DNA of 64,000 bases from Camelus ferus. Lineage: Eukaryota. The stretch is from contig NC_045697.1 in NCBI RefSeq assembly GCF_009834535.1, forward strand, positions 117,182,001-117,246,000, given 5' to 3'. This document shows positions 48,706 to 62,976 of this stretch, piece by piece. The position numbers were made by a program, and so were the translations under genes. The notes beneath the pieces were generated by a model, which was not told the origin of the DNA, made no database searches, and saw only the letters and a list, made by a program, of their open reading frames with translations. The first letter of the stretch is position 1; the number at the start of each line of letters is the position of its first letter.

Positions 48706-51477
48706 ATATCATCTCCACTAATAGGATGGATTTGTGAATGCAGGTTGAACCTAGTGAGCGGCTTTCTACTCATCCTTCGCTGAACTGGACTTGTCCATCC
48801 AGTTGTGGGTACCACTGATGGGACCTTGGTCTCTTTGTCACTTGGGGGCCAGGATCAGAGGAGAGCACTAGCCTTTATCAGAGCACAACAAGCAGCAATC
48901 CAAGGAACCAGGCACACCTGTGCTTTCCTCCCAGTCTCACCCTCCCCCCGCCATACACTTTGGCCACAAAAGCATACGGAATATCTTCCATGTGTCTGGC
49001 ACTGTTGCATGCACAGGGCATACAGCAGTGAACTAGACAGGCTAGGACCCTGCTCTCATAACTTTTACAGCATAGTATGAATCATACATAAATAATTGTA
49101 GAAGTCATCAGAAAGATGGCCAGAAGAGAGCTATAAAAAGTTAATTACAATGATGAGTTAGCCTGATCCGAGGAGTGATCTAGACCAGGTGGTCATGGCA
49201 GACTTTCCTGAAGACACGGTATTTCAGCTAAAGTCTCAAGGACACCATGGAGCCTGCCATGCAGAGATGAGAGAAAAAGAACTTCAAAGTTATGGAGAAG
49301 CTGGTTCAAAAATCCTCACGTAGGAGCAACAGTATATATCAGTGTTACTGATAGATGAGTTCTGGTTTGGGAGGCAAGATTTAATAGAGGTTCTGGGGTT
49401 TTTTTATATGTGTGAGAGGAAAATGTGAGAGAGATTTTATTAGGGGGCTAACCTCATATTATTTATATACTAAAAGAATGATCATTCAGACTACCTTGGG
49501 AGGAATAACTTTTAGGGGTCTGCAGTAAACAGGGACATAAATTAGGTGCTATTGCAATATTCCAGAGTAAGGGTGATTGTGACAGGTGTATAGTGATGTG
49601 GGAAATGGAGAGAAGTTGCTCCTTATCCCAAAACAAAAAGCTAGAGGATGGAGAAAAGTTTCCCCCTGATGCTCTCTAAAAGGATGGGCACTTTGTTTCT
49701 GTTTAATAAAATTAATAAATTATTGCTAGTCAATTGATACACAGTGGCTGAAAATAATATGAAAAGTCCAGAAGTGGGTTTTATAGTAAATGAAAAATCC
49801 AGAACAAACTATGAACAAGATAGTGAGGTAAATTTCCATTCAGGTGTTAGAAATTTTGAAGGATTTCTAAAATATAGGAAAAGTGGGATAAGATTGAAGA
49901 AGAACCCAGAGCAGAAAAATTCAGTCAAGGATGCTTGAAACATAAATCCAATGCTAGTAAGAAATTTTCCACTACAGAATCTCAGGGGAATGTCAATTAC
50001 AAAGAAAAAAAATTCAGGATAAAGGCGGAGTCATTGGGGGGCAGTTCACAGAGCAACTAATTGGAAGACTATATTCTGAATAGCTGAGTCCAATGTAGCA
50101 TTTTGTTTTGAAATGGTATAAGAGGTATACCAGGGACAGTTCTTCAAGGCTACAGACCTAAGAATAACTTTATAACTAAAATGATTGCTCAGGTGGAACT
50201 CCAGCCACACAGGTGGTGCATGCAGAGGATGCCGGCAGAGCCTGGGGTGGTAAGAAATCTTTACAAAAGGAAAATAAGTAAATATCAGGAGTAGTAGGTT
50301 CTGTCCGTTGGCCCCAAACCAAATCTTCTGTGAGTCCAAATTTGAAGTAGGAGTTCCACCCAGGAAACAGCCAAGGTAGGTGATGTGTCTTGGGAAGTAA
50401 AGGTAAGCTTAAGATTGTATATTCACCAGGTGGGTGGTGTACACACCCAAATAGCAAGTTCTCTGCACACACTCCGCAGCCACATGCTGATCTATAATGA
50501 CATCCCCCTGCAAGCACCCTCACATACTCACCCAAGATAGGTAGGGTTTTAAAAACAGGATCTTCTTTTATGTACGAGAGAACAGGCATTCTCACTTGAA
50601 TTTAACTCTTCCATCTTTTCTCAATTTTTGGTAAGCTGAGAATTACCAAAGATTTGAAAAAAAAATCATCATGGAAAAGGAGATACTTCCATTACAAAAG
50701 TTATGTTGGTAATATTTTTGTTATTTGTTTGTAAAAACTCTTGCTATATCAAAGGTATTAGGCAAACATTGGCCTTAAGAATGGTAAATACTTTCCTCAT
50801 ACACTTATATTTTGACCTTGTGATGTATACTATGTCTTTATGCTTATGTACACATAAGTTTCCCTTTTTCATTTGTGGTTTATGGAAACAGCATCATCTT
50901 CAGAAAGACTTTTCATAAATAATACAAAATTATTGTATTTCCATATTGTGTGACCTCTTTCATTTTAATCCATAGAGAATTAATTTTCTTTTGTTTTTTG
51001 TGATATAGGGATCATCTTGCTATGTTGAAAAGATTAGCATATTAGTGCAATGAAATTTTTCGCTTAATTTCTTTCTTGGTCACCAATTTGAAGTATTACA
51101 TTTAACATAAATTAAACTCTGTTTCCTGAATCTACATTTTGTTCTATTCATTTATCCTTCAAACACTCTTTTAGAAGCATTTTGATATCTGAGTAATTAT
51201 TTATATTAAAATTTCATTAGTCTATATTAATAAGCTCTGTCATTTGTGCTACTGTTTTGTTTTTTGTTGTTCTTTGATTTCCTGGATTTACTGTGTAGAC
51301 AAACATGTTATTTGCATAAAATAATGTTATCTCTCTAATTCCATCTCTTATTTTGTTAACATGATTCACAAAATGTTTGATAATGTATACTTCAAAGATG
51401 TAGCTTTTTCCCTTGATATTAATGTTTCTATAATTTTAACAGTAGATATGATATGTTGTCTGTTTTATATAAAGAAT

Positions 51478-51910
51478 TCGCAGCAACATGGATGTCCCTA
51501 GAGAATGTCATTCCAAGTGAAGTGAGCCAGAAAGAGAAAGAAAAATACCATATGTGATCGCACGTATGTGGAATCTAAAAAAAAAAAAAAAAGAACATAA
51601 ATACAAAACAGAAACAGACTCATAGACATAGAATACAAACTTGGGGTTGCTAAGGGGGAGGGGAGTGGGATGGGACAGACTGGGAGTTCAAAATTTGTAG
51701 ATACTGACAGGCATATGTAGAATAGATAAACAAGATTATATGGTATAGCACAGGAAAATATATACAAGATCTTGTGGTAGCTCACAGCGAAAAAGAATGT
51801 AACAATGAATATATGTATGTTCATATATAACTGAAAAATTGTGCTCTACACTGGAAATTGGCACAACATTGTAAACTGACTATAACTCAATAAAAAAAGT
51901 TATAAAAAAA
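51478..51910 (+). mobile_element. Young camelid-type L1 3' end inserted in old antisense L1
   Basis: 3'UTR closely similar to the copy at 1321-1475 ('gtataactgaaaaattgtgctctacactggaaattg'), with A-rich tail. Confidence 0.9.
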
Positions 51911-52451
51911 GAAATTTTTTCTATTAGTTCATTGAGAGTTGTGTTTTATTTATTTGTTTTTTGAGCAGTAAATTTTTGCTTCATCATTTGTGGATGTTGA
52001 ATTTTATTATAAGATATTTTAGATTCTATTGAAGCAATCATATATTTTTTCTCTTTAACTTTAATTATTTTGATAAATTACATAAATGGATTTCCTAATA
52101 TGAGATTATTCTTGCATGCTAAACTAAACCCAATTTGGTTATGGTATATTAGTTTTTAATAACACAGATGGATTCCATTTGCTAATATTTTATTTAGGAT
52201 TTATGTATCTACAACAAAAGCTGATCTACAGTGCTGTTCCAAAGATATATTCCTTGGAACATTGGTTTTCCATCATAGCTATTAAGTTTTAAAAAGTTAT
52301 CTTTTTTCATTTAGTTTAGTTCAGGAAATTCTAAGATATGAAAGAACAAGTGGTATATTACACCTTTTTAATTAGGGCAAGGCAGTAAGGTAAAGAAATC
52401 TGAGGATTCTTCATGTCAAACACCTCAAACAGTTGAACAAAATAAAAGCGT

Positions 52452-52804
52452 AAGACCACAATGAGATATTAGCTCACACCTGTCAGAATGGCTATTATAG
52501 AAAATAACTCAAATAGCAAATATTGATGAGGATGTGGAGAAAAGAGAACCCTTGTACACTGTTGGTGGGAATGTAAATTGGTGCAGCCATTGTGGAAGAC
52601 AGTATGGAGGTTTCTTGAAAAACTGAAAATAGAACCACCGTATCACTCAGCAATTCCAATCCATTGTATATATCTGAAAAAAAATCACTAACTCAAAAAG
52701 ATACATGCACTTCAACGTTCATAGCAGCATTATTTACAACTGTCAAGACATGGAAGCAACCTAAATGTCCATCCATCGACAGATGAATGGATAAAGAAGA
52801 TGTG

Positions 52805-52841
<37 letters not shown>

Positions 52842-53350
52842 CACACAGTGGAATACTGCTCAGCTGTAAAAAATAATGAAATTTGCCATTTGCAGCAACA
52901 TGGATGGACTTGGAGGGTATTATGCTAAGTGAAATTAAGTCAGGCAGAGAAAGAAAATTACTGTATGATATCACTGATATATAGAATCTAAAACTACAAC
53001 AGATAAGTGAGTATAACAAAAAAGAAGCAGACTCACAGATACAGAGAACAAACTAGTCGTTACTAGTGGGGAGAGGGAAGGGGGGGCAATATACGATTTA
53101 CGGGATTAAGAAGTACAAACTATTATGTATAAAATAAGCTGCAAGGATATATTGTACAATACAGGGAATATAATCCAAAGTTTTATAATAATTGTAATGG
53201 ACTATAACTTTCAAAAGTTGTGAGTCACTACTTTGTACCCTTGTAACTTTTTTGTAACTTTTGTAATGGTGTACATCAACTATACTTCAATTTAAAAAGA
53301 TAGAAAAATAAATAAACAAACAAACAAACAAATAAACAAATAAATAAAAT
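52452..53350 (+). mobile_element. L1 ORF2 end + 3'UTR (older L1MA/artiodactyl-type)
   Basis: 'accacaatgagatattagctcacacctgtcagaatggctatt...tacatcaactatacttcaattt' plus (AAAT/AAAC)n tail. Internal (TG)(TA) repeat ~52806-52840. Confidence 0.9.
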
Positions 53351-53930
53351 CACATGAGTAGGCAAACCAGTGGACTAGAATAGAAAGTCCAGAGAATGTA
53401 CAGAAGCTTGATTTATGATAAAGTGGGTATCTCTGATCACTAGGACAATGATAGACATTTTTAGTACATTGTGCTGGAACAAGTGGATATTCACTTAGAG
53501 AAATGGATGAAGTTAGACTTATACTTCACATCATCAAAAATAATTAATCCAGACGGATGAGAGAACTGAGTATAAAAATAAAATAAATTATACAAGTACC
53601 ATAAGAAAGCAATGATGACTTCTTTGGTAAGATGATCTAACCATAACTTAAAGTCCAGATTAAATATAAGAAAAAATGAATATATTTAACTTTGTAAAAA
53701 TACAAAATCAGTGCAATGTGAACAAACAAGCCAAAAAATATTGCAAAGTCAGAAGATAAGTGCAGAATGGGAAAAATATTTCAACATATATCATAGCTTA
53801 AAGCTACTATTGAGGGAGAAATACAGCCCAATAAAATTGGGAAAAAAATAATTCACAAAACAAAATATGAAAATGGCTCTTAAATATATCAAATGTAACC
53901 AATGCAAATAACTAAACTAAAATCCACTGA

Positions 53931-54736
53931 TTCTTTCAGATTACACTAATAAGTGAGATATTGTAGTATTTGTTCTTCTGAGTCCATCTTATTTCAATTA
54001 ATATAATGTCCTCCAGGCTCACTAAGGTTGTTGCAAATGGCAGGATTTCTTTTCATTTTAAGTCTAAATAATGTATCTACCTATCCATCCATCCATGGAC
54101 ATTTAGGTTGTTTCCATACCTTGGCTGTTGTGCTGCAATGAAATCATCAAACTCATAGGAGCAGAGAATAGAACGGCGGTTGCCAGGGGCTGGGTTGAGG
54201 AGGAAGAGGGTGATGTTGGTCAAAAAAATGCAAGGTTTTAGTTATGTGAGGTGAGCTCTTGAGATCTAAAGTACAGCATGGTTTACAGGAGTGTACTGTC
54301 TACTTGAAATTTGCAAAGAGGATAGATCTTAAGTGTGTCCACTGAAAAGAAAAAAGAAAAGGGATGAAAGGAAAAGAAGAGGAGTAGAGGAAAGGAAAGG
54401 AAAGGAAAGGAAAGGAAAGGAAAGGAAAGGAAAAGAAAGGAAAGGAAAGGAAAGGAAAGGAAAGGAAAGGAAAGGAAAGGAAAGGAAAGGAAAGGAAAGG
54501 AAAGGAAAGGAAAGGAAAGGAAAGGAAAGGAAAGGAAAGGAAAGGAAAAAAAATGGAAAAGATAAGAGGGGAGGGAGAGAAAAGGAAAGGAAAATGGTAA
54601 CTACGTGGAGGTGATGGATATGTTAATTAGTTTGATTGTGGAGATTATTTCACAATGTATACATCAAAACATGGAGCTGTACACTTTAAACATGTCCACT
54701 GTTTATATGTCAATTATACTTCAATAAAGCTGTTAA
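53931..54736. mobile_element. Second L1 with 5' inversion (antisense 53931-54141, sense 54142-54736)
   Basis: The two segments are contiguous in L1 3'UTR order. Flanking near-TSD taaaatccactga (53918-53930) / taaaactcactga (54737-54749). Confidence 0.75.
54389..54548. repeat. (GGAAA)n pentanucleotide microsatellite, ~32 units
   Basis: Direct reading. One variant unit near 54435. Confidence 0.97.
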
Positions 54737-55724
54737 TAAAACTCACTGAAATATAATGCTCACCTATTAGATTGGGAAACATTTTAAAGGTTGACAACAT
54801 ATCCTGCTAATGTGGCTTCAGGGATCTCTAATATGTTGCTGATGGAAATGCAAATTGGTGCAACTTTCTGGAGGGATGTAGACTAATTCTGAAATTACTG
54901 TCTGTATATTTCAGCACTAAGCAAATAAGCCAGTGCTCTGAGGCTAATGGGAGCCCATTTTTATTTTTGTTTTTTCCTGTGGTGAACAGTTTACAAATAT
55001 GGAAAGAAAGTTTACAATGAACCCTTGGTTGCTCAATTAGTATTAGAGATTTTAACAGGATAAGTATTATGTTAAAAGAAAAACAAAGAAGGAAAAAGAA
55101 AGAGAAAAAAGAAGAAAAGAGGCTTAAAAAACCTGGAAACTAAATGTAATTCACGTTCCTGCACTGGGTTCTAGAATATAAAAAAAAAATTATAAAGCAT
55201 GTTATTGGAAAAAATTCTGAGCATAAAATAAGAACTATATTTAGGGAATAATATTGTATCAGTGTTAATATACTGATTTTGACCATTTCATTGTGACAAT
55301 GCCCTTTTTCTTAGAAAATACACCTTGAAGTGTTAAGGGTCAAAAACAACTTACTCTCAAATGGGCAAAAAGATAGAGGAAGTGATTGAGCAAATTGCCA
55401 AAATAGTAACAGTTTGGGAATCTGGTCTATCCTAACAATTTTTCTGTAAGCTAGAAATTATTTCAGGTAAGATAGATATAGTTTTTTTTTTTATTTGCAT
55501 GGACTAAATCTCTAAATACATTGCTATAAACCCTTTAGAAAAAAGATGTAAGATTACAATATCAGGATAGAATAAGATTTTGTAAATAAGTAATAAAAAT
55601 ACAAAGGAAATAGTGATGAACTTATTTACAACAAAACTTAAATTTCCCACCAAAAAAACAGAAAAGTAAATGATAAGCCACAAAGATTTAAAAGATGTTA
55701 ATATAGCTAATGTTTGCTTCATAT

Positions 55725-56243
55725 TGTTACCAAGTTCAAAATTATTCTGCTTGCCCCAGGACAGGACAATAAACCTGGAGATGAGGTGTTGGGGCAAGGA
55801 ATAGTGACTTTATTCAGAAAGCCAGCAGACTGAGAAGATGGAGGGCTAATGTCCCAGAGAACCATCTTCCCCAAGTCAGAATTCAGGATTTTTTAATACT
55901 AAAAGGGGAGGGGGTGTGGTCAGTTGTTGCAAACTTCCTGTTGTTGGAATCCTTTGTTCTTGCAGCTGTTCAGGTAGGTCAGGTCATGGTGTCCCTGCAA
56001 ACCTTCAACAAAGCAAATGTTATTTTCTATTCTGCAACTTTTAATCTCTATATGAATGGAAAAGTGTCAACCCTTAAAGGTCAGAGCCTTGAGAATGGGC
56101 TCTCCTGTCTATTTCAGGCTCTAGGTAACATCCTTTTACAAAAGGTGCAGAACCAGTGGTGACTGAGCCCAGGAAAGAGAGCCCAGGGTTAGAGCCAAAG
56201 GAACAGATCTAACGTGGAGTCAGATTTGTTCTTCCCTAGTACA
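55725..56243 (-). mobile_element. ERV1-like solo LTR (~520 bp)
   Basis: TGTTAC...AGTACA termini, antisense polyA signal 'ctttatt' near 55809, U3 end 'ggagtcagatttgttcttccc'. No clear TSD. Confidence 0.7.
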
Positions 56244-58414
56244 TTGCATCTCTCTTTTAGATTTAAGAAAAAAAAGTAACAATACAGGAATTAGCAAAAC
56301 ATCTTCCCAATCCCTAAATAACTGCTACCCTGAAGTTGATATAAATGAATTCCCTATGTCTTTGTATGTTAATCGTATATGTACTTATGCACAGAAGTGG
56401 ACAGACTATTATTTTTATCATTAATATTTATATTAATGATATAATATTATATGCTATTTATATAATGGCAACATACTGATTCTATCATTTTGCTGTAACT
56501 ATAGATGACTGAGGATTAGTATCCAGAATATAAAAACTCCCTTAACTGAAAAATAGATAGATAAGCCACCCAATTTAAAAAACAAAGGATGTAAGCAAGC
56601 AATCCATCAGATAAGCAAAAAGGGTAAAAATGAATGCTCAATCAAACTAGTAAGCAAATTAATTAAAACTGCAATAAGACAGCACCTCTAAAACCTCAGA
56701 TGGGCAGAAATAAATGTCTGGGTTCACCAAGCACTGGAATAGATGTGAGGAAGGAGAAATTTTTGCATGTAGCTGGTGAGAGTGCAAAGTGGAACACGTA
56801 TTTTGGAGACCATTTAAAAGATATGTAGCAGACTCAAAATGTGCATATCTTAGTGATTTTATTATAAAATTTCTACCTTTGAAACACTCATTCCTGTGTG
56901 TGAGACACACGTCTTTTTATTTTATCACAGATTATAACATTGAAAAAATAGAATAAATTTAACTGTCACTTACTAAACAAATAGATAAACTGTATTTTTT
57001 TCATACTTGGAATACTCTACTACAGTTAAAAGGAAAGAATATTTACCTGTATCAACATGAATGAATCTTAAAAACACAATATTGAGTTCTAAGAACAATT
57101 TGCCAAAGGATAAAAACTCTAATTTGGCATTAATATAAAATGTAATGGTGAAAAACAATAGTATATATATTTCTGGGCATACCTATATATGCAATAAGTA
57201 TATAAAAACATATAATATTTATTTAGACACCAATTCCAGGATAGTGTTTATACACAAGTTGATAGATTATGCTGGTATTGCATTGTTACGATTTTATGCT
57301 CTCAAAATTAACAAAAAGGAAAGTGGTATAAAGCAAACATTAAAAAATATGAACATCTTTCAAATTTCTCTAGCAAGTACAAAGGGTCGGGCATGTACAT
57401 TTTTGTACTTTTCTGTGTGCTTGACATACTCCATTATTAAAACGTACAAATTATGCATTTTAGTGTTTTCCTCAAATCTTCAGAAAATATAGAGATATAT
57501 TATTTTAGATATATATTACTAAGGCCACATTATTATGAAATTCTTTGAAAACTGGTTCTTATTTAACTGCTATCTAAAATTAACCTACATATAATACCAT
57601 AAATCTAAAATACAAGTCTAAAATACAATACAATTTCTTTGTCTCCCAAGAAACTTTTTTTTTTTTAATCACATCTTGACGGGAGATTTTGAAAGTGTCC
57701 TCTCTTCAGGCTGAGATGTTAAAGTTCACATTGGTGTGGGAATTCCCAACGTGACAGAACTTTCTGAGCCCCAATTTGTGATGCGAGGTGTGAGATCAGA
57801 AGTTATGGCTTGATTGTTGGAAGTGTCAATGTGAGAAAATGAAAAAGGTGATTACAGGAAGAGTTTGCAACTCTGAAGTGTCAAACACAATGTCATTTCG
57901 GAGAAAAATAGACTCCATAAAACTCATTTTTTCTACTACACTCAGAAAACTTTCCAAACACTGCTTTCTATTACAAACCGTAGATCAAAATAAATTATTT
58001 CCGTTTTAACCTTTACTGGAAATGCAATGCAGTTCTCTTTGAAGTTAAGATTTAAAAGATTTTTTTTAAAAACTGTCAATTTCCCCTTTACTTTGGCAAT
58101 TCAGATTTGTCTTTGAGGCTGGGGGCTACCTTTACCAGGAGGTGGGGAGTGCTTATGGTACAAACTATTTCAGTGAACCCCTTAAATGTAACTATAGTTC
58201 AGTTTTAGAAAATCTTAAGTGAAAAAATGCTAACAATGAGAAAAAGACACAAAAACTATGAAATCATAACTTTTTTAGAATCCATCATAAACCTGAGGTT
58301 GTGGCACAAGAATTCTGAATTCTGAATTCCAAGAAAGGAAAGGCACCTCTGGGAGAGGAGGTCTGTGCAGACCAGCTCACTTGTGGCAAAGAACAGGAGC
58401 AAGAGACACCAGTC

Positions 58415-58918
58415 ACCATCAAATGATTAAGAAGCTGTGGTATATTTGTACAGTGGAATATTACTCAGCTATAAAAAAGAATACAATAATGCCATTTTCA
58501 GCAACATGGATGGACCTAGAGATAATCATACTAAATGAAGTAACTCAAATAGAGAGACAAATATCATATACCACTTATATGTGGAATCTAAAAAATGGCA
58601 CAAATGAACTTATTTACAAAGCAGAGACAGATTCATAGACAGAAAACAAACTTATGGTTACCATGGGAAAAAGAATGGAAAGGGATAAATTGGGAGTTTA
58701 GGATTAGCAGATACACATTTCTATATGTAAAATAGATAAACAACAAGTTTCTACTGTATAACACCGGGAACTATATTCAATATCTTGTAATAATCTATAA
58801 TGAAAAAGAATGTGAAAAGGAATATATGTATGTATATGGATGACTGAAATACTACCATATACACCAGAAATTGATGCAACATTATAAACTGACTATACTT
58901 CAATTGAAGAAAAAAAAA
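58415..58918 (+). mobile_element. L1 3' end
   Basis: IKKLWYICTVEYYSAIKKN...FSATWMDLEIIILNEV peptide, then 3'UTR to poly(A). Confidence 0.9.
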
Positions 58919-59659
58919 GTGTAAAGGAGCTGAAATTGAATGTCTTGCTAAAAATCATGATGGTGGAGAACCAGTCAGAGCTGGGGTAGCTACTTTTTTT
59001 TCAAGCAAATTAGATTTCAGAAGATTAGAAGGACGTAATGGCAGTTTTAAATTCAGCAAGAGGCCGTAACAATCCTAAATGTGTATATCCCTGAACAACA
59101 GAGCTTCAAAATGCACAAAGCAAAAACTGACAGAGCTGGGATGAAAAATAAAGTTCAATGAAAGATGCTCGTTATCATTAATGATTAGAGAAATGCAAAC
59201 TAAAACCACAATGAGAAACCCAACCAAATCAAACAAACAATACCATGGGTTAATAAGTATGTTCATAGAAGCTTTATTCCTAAGTGCCCCGAACAGGAAT
59301 CTACTCAAAGATCCACCATTTGTAGACAAAGTGGTTGTAGAATATCCATTGAATGGAATGCTAGTGAGCAGTAAAAAAGACTGTAAAAGGATATAGTCAA
59401 GAACATGGATGACTCTGTTATGCTAAGTGAAACATTCCAGAAGCAGAAGCTATTCACTGTATGACCTTCATTTATTCTTATTCTGGGAAAGGCAAGCTTT
59501 TTGGAAAGTTTGACAGTTGTTCCCAAGGGCTGGAGGTGGGAAGGTTGGATTTATCATAAAGGGGCCCAGGGGAACTTTGTAGGGGGTGAGTGAACTGTTT
59601 TCTTGATTGTGGTGGTGGTTATAGGTTGCATGACTGCTGTGAGTGGCCCATGAATTGTG

Positions 59660-59895
59660 GGTGGCAGCCCCAGGTGTCCTCAGAGGCTGATGAAGAGCAG
59701 TCCAGTGTTCTTCCATTCTCTCTCTCTCTGCCAAATGATGTGATGGCCAAGCCACAGCATGGACAACATGAGGGTTCCTGCCACCACGTGGAGAAGGAGC
59801 TGGGAGCCCAACTTGATGGGAATTGTCCATGTTGGGTGAGTGAGAAATAAGCCTTCAGAGCGTTAGACCTCAGAGACAGTGAGTCTGTTACCGTC
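59660..59895 (+). mobile_element. MaLR (MLT1-family) LTR fragment
   Basis: 'gccaccacgtggagaaggagctg...gtgagtgagaaataagccttc...ctgttacc'. Confidence 0.5.
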
Positions 59896-62800
59896 TGACT
59901 CCTGTTCATGTGTCTAGTTTACAGTCTAGCGTCTGGGGTCTGTCCATCACACTTAACGGCCAACCTGCCCATTCTGGGTCGTCATGGCCACTTCCTCCTG
60001 CTAGAAACCCCCTGCAGAGACGTGACGCGCTCCACTCCCTATGTCCCCGTGGCACTAAATAAAACTGTGAAGTCAATGTTACTGGTTTTCATTGTTGAAA
60101 TGTTCCCATCCACTACATCCATTCACTTCCCATTTTATTCAGTCGAGCCTTTGTGTTTAATGTGATCACTTGTGTTGTATTTTTACTGTAATCATCCAAG
60201 AAACATTTTAATAAAGAATTGAAGCTCTGCCTATTGAAATTCTAATATGAATGCCTAAGGAGGCCATGTGGAGATTTCACGTTTCCTCCTGTCCTCCACC
60301 TTGTCTCCGTGAGTGTTCCTCACCACCAGCTCTCTCTGATACTGATCTAGAAGGGAAAATGTGAAATACAAGTCAATGAAGGGAAAAGGCCAGGCTGGGA
60401 GTTCTGAAGTGCCACGGAATAGGATTTTTAGACCTCTAAAAATGAGAAGAATGCCTGTATTTTTAATCACTCATTTTAAATCCCATAATATATATAAAAT
60501 TAAATTGCTGAGTTGGATGAGATATAGAACTTTTTCATATATATGCACATATTAAAAGCCATTGACTGAGGCTTCAAATTCCGTTGCTTCTATGCATTTT
60601 TTCAGAGAAAAATGCATGCTAAAAGATACACTGAACAATTTAATAAGAAAATTTCCACTCAATGCTTATCTTCATTTGGTGATTTTACTCAGTAAAGACA
60701 AAATTTTATGAGCTACTTTATAGTTTATTTGCAAAGAGGAAATATGAAAATATAATTCTCTATTTCTATTGCATGGTAGTCAGATCATCTAAATCTCAGA
60801 TGTTCAGGGGATTTTTCCCCAACTGTCTGGCATGGGATGCATGTATTTATGTTTCAGGAGGCTAATAAAATCTTTAATCATATGGCATGTCTGTGATTTA
60901 GTTTTTAATCACATTGCAATAGTCAAAGATCACTAAATAATAAAGCTGCAAAAGAAATTATTTTCCTCCACTGATAATTCATACGTAGAACATTTCTTGT
61001 CCTTAGAATGCTCCCGTTGAGTCAGGCTTCATTGGGAGAAATAAAGTGGGACAATGAAGAATCCATAGAAAAGTGTAGAATTTTAGAGTCCATGAAATAA
61101 TAACAAGAAGACTCTAATTGCTCTCTGAAACCTGCCTATTTTGTATTTTAATTATCTGCCAACCTGAACTTTGTATCCATCTTCTACACCGCCACTGTTG
61201 TTCAGTTACCTAACTGTTCATCTCACCTAATATTTAGACTGATGCTTTTTCTGCCTCTTGTGTCTCCACAAATCAACTAGAGTAAACATTTTAAGATGTA
61301 AATCGGATCGTTGCATCCGTCCTCCACCGTACTAGCTGTGGTCTTTTGCTCCTCCCCCTTTCCCATACCTATCCTGAGCCTGGAAAAGCCCAATGCCCTT
61401 GCCAGCAAGGTCCCAGAAATTGTTTAGGTTCTATCAATATGGTGCGATCTTCTGGGGTGAGTGAGATAGAGCAACAGTAGGCATTCTTACAGTGACAGAG
61501 GTGATACATAAGTGGGGCTCGGCATGCGTGAGCTTCTGTGGCGATTTACGTTCCTGTCTCAGTGACCTTGGCGCTGGCTTCCTAACCTTGACTGACCTCT
61601 GTGTTCTGATGAGACTTTTGACATTGCAGCACAGCTAGAGAAGGGCAACTGCAAACCAGAGGTTTGGGGATTTTACTGTTTCAGATTTTCCAACAGATTT
61701 ATTAGTGTCCATTCCCCTCTATGGAATCCCCTCTGCTTGAAATACACAGACTGGTTTCTATTTTCTTGACTTGAGTCTGACTAATATGCCTACTTTTTAA
61801 ATTTTTCAGCAGCTTTCTACTGCAATACAAATAAAGAGGATTCTGTCCAGTCTTCTAAACAGTTCTGGCCCAGCCTCATCTTGTACCAGCCATCCATGTT
61901 CTGGGATTTTATAGCTGCTTAAGTCTTCAAAAAAGCCATGAACTCAGTTCTAGTTTTCTGACATCTGGTAATGATCAGCTTGCCTGACTCTTCCAAGCGC
62001 TAAAATAAATCACTACTTTTTAACACCCTCATTTCCAGCTTACCCTTTACAACGGTTTCTAACGACGCTGCCATGATTTTTTTAATAGCCCCTTGCTCAG
62101 AACATTTTAATGGTTTCCTAATCTCTATCAAAGAAATACAAACTCGGTCTTCAAAGCCAAAGAGCTGCTCTCTGTTCTTTCTTATATATCTGATGTGTAT
62201 TTGTTTAGGATGCTTGATGCTTTCACAAAACACTAGTCTTACAAACTGTTACGCATCTGAGATATCTCTTCCCCCTAAGCCTCCTCTAAACTTTACCAGG
62301 CAGAAACTCACCCATTTCCCAAGAGACTTCTCAAAGGTGATTTAGAAATTTCTGCTGCTCCCAACTAGATATATATTCTTCTGAACTTAATTACATATAA
62401 AATTTGGCTTATGAGTATTGTGATCTTTGTGTAGAGGTTTCTAGGTTTGTTCTTCTGTCCAAGAACACCATACAAGAGAAGCTATTTTCCTTTGTCCTGA
62501 GAAAATATTCTGATGCTCTAACAAAAATGTAAAATCTGAAAAATGTTAGATATAAAATAACTTCACTAATCAAATATTTTTAAGACTGTCAAAGGTAAAA
62601 ATTGGTGGAGAAAATATACGCCAGTCCTTGCCAGGATACCAGGACACCCTCTACAATATATTAGGACTCATGTATCTCATTCATAAATATCTTAATTGGT
62701 AATCAAGAAAGATCACATTTAAGATGCAGCAGAGAACTAGTCTTAAGTAAAGCTCATTCTTATCTCAATGCACTGCCTCACACAGTGTTTTATGTAAAAC

Positions 62801-62976
62801 ACTAGTACTTATAATTCAAATTATAAAATCTTTTGAATTCTATGACGTCATTTTATTCTGAAAACAGCTCTATAAATTAGCCATGATAATATATGAGTAT
62901 AGTATCATATTGTATGAAGTATTATTATATCTAATATACATAATACCTAGGCAAAATATCTGAGGTCTAGAATATT

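Noticed and set aside
54333..54614. (KGKER)n ORF
   Set aside because: Artefact of the (GGAAA)n repeat.
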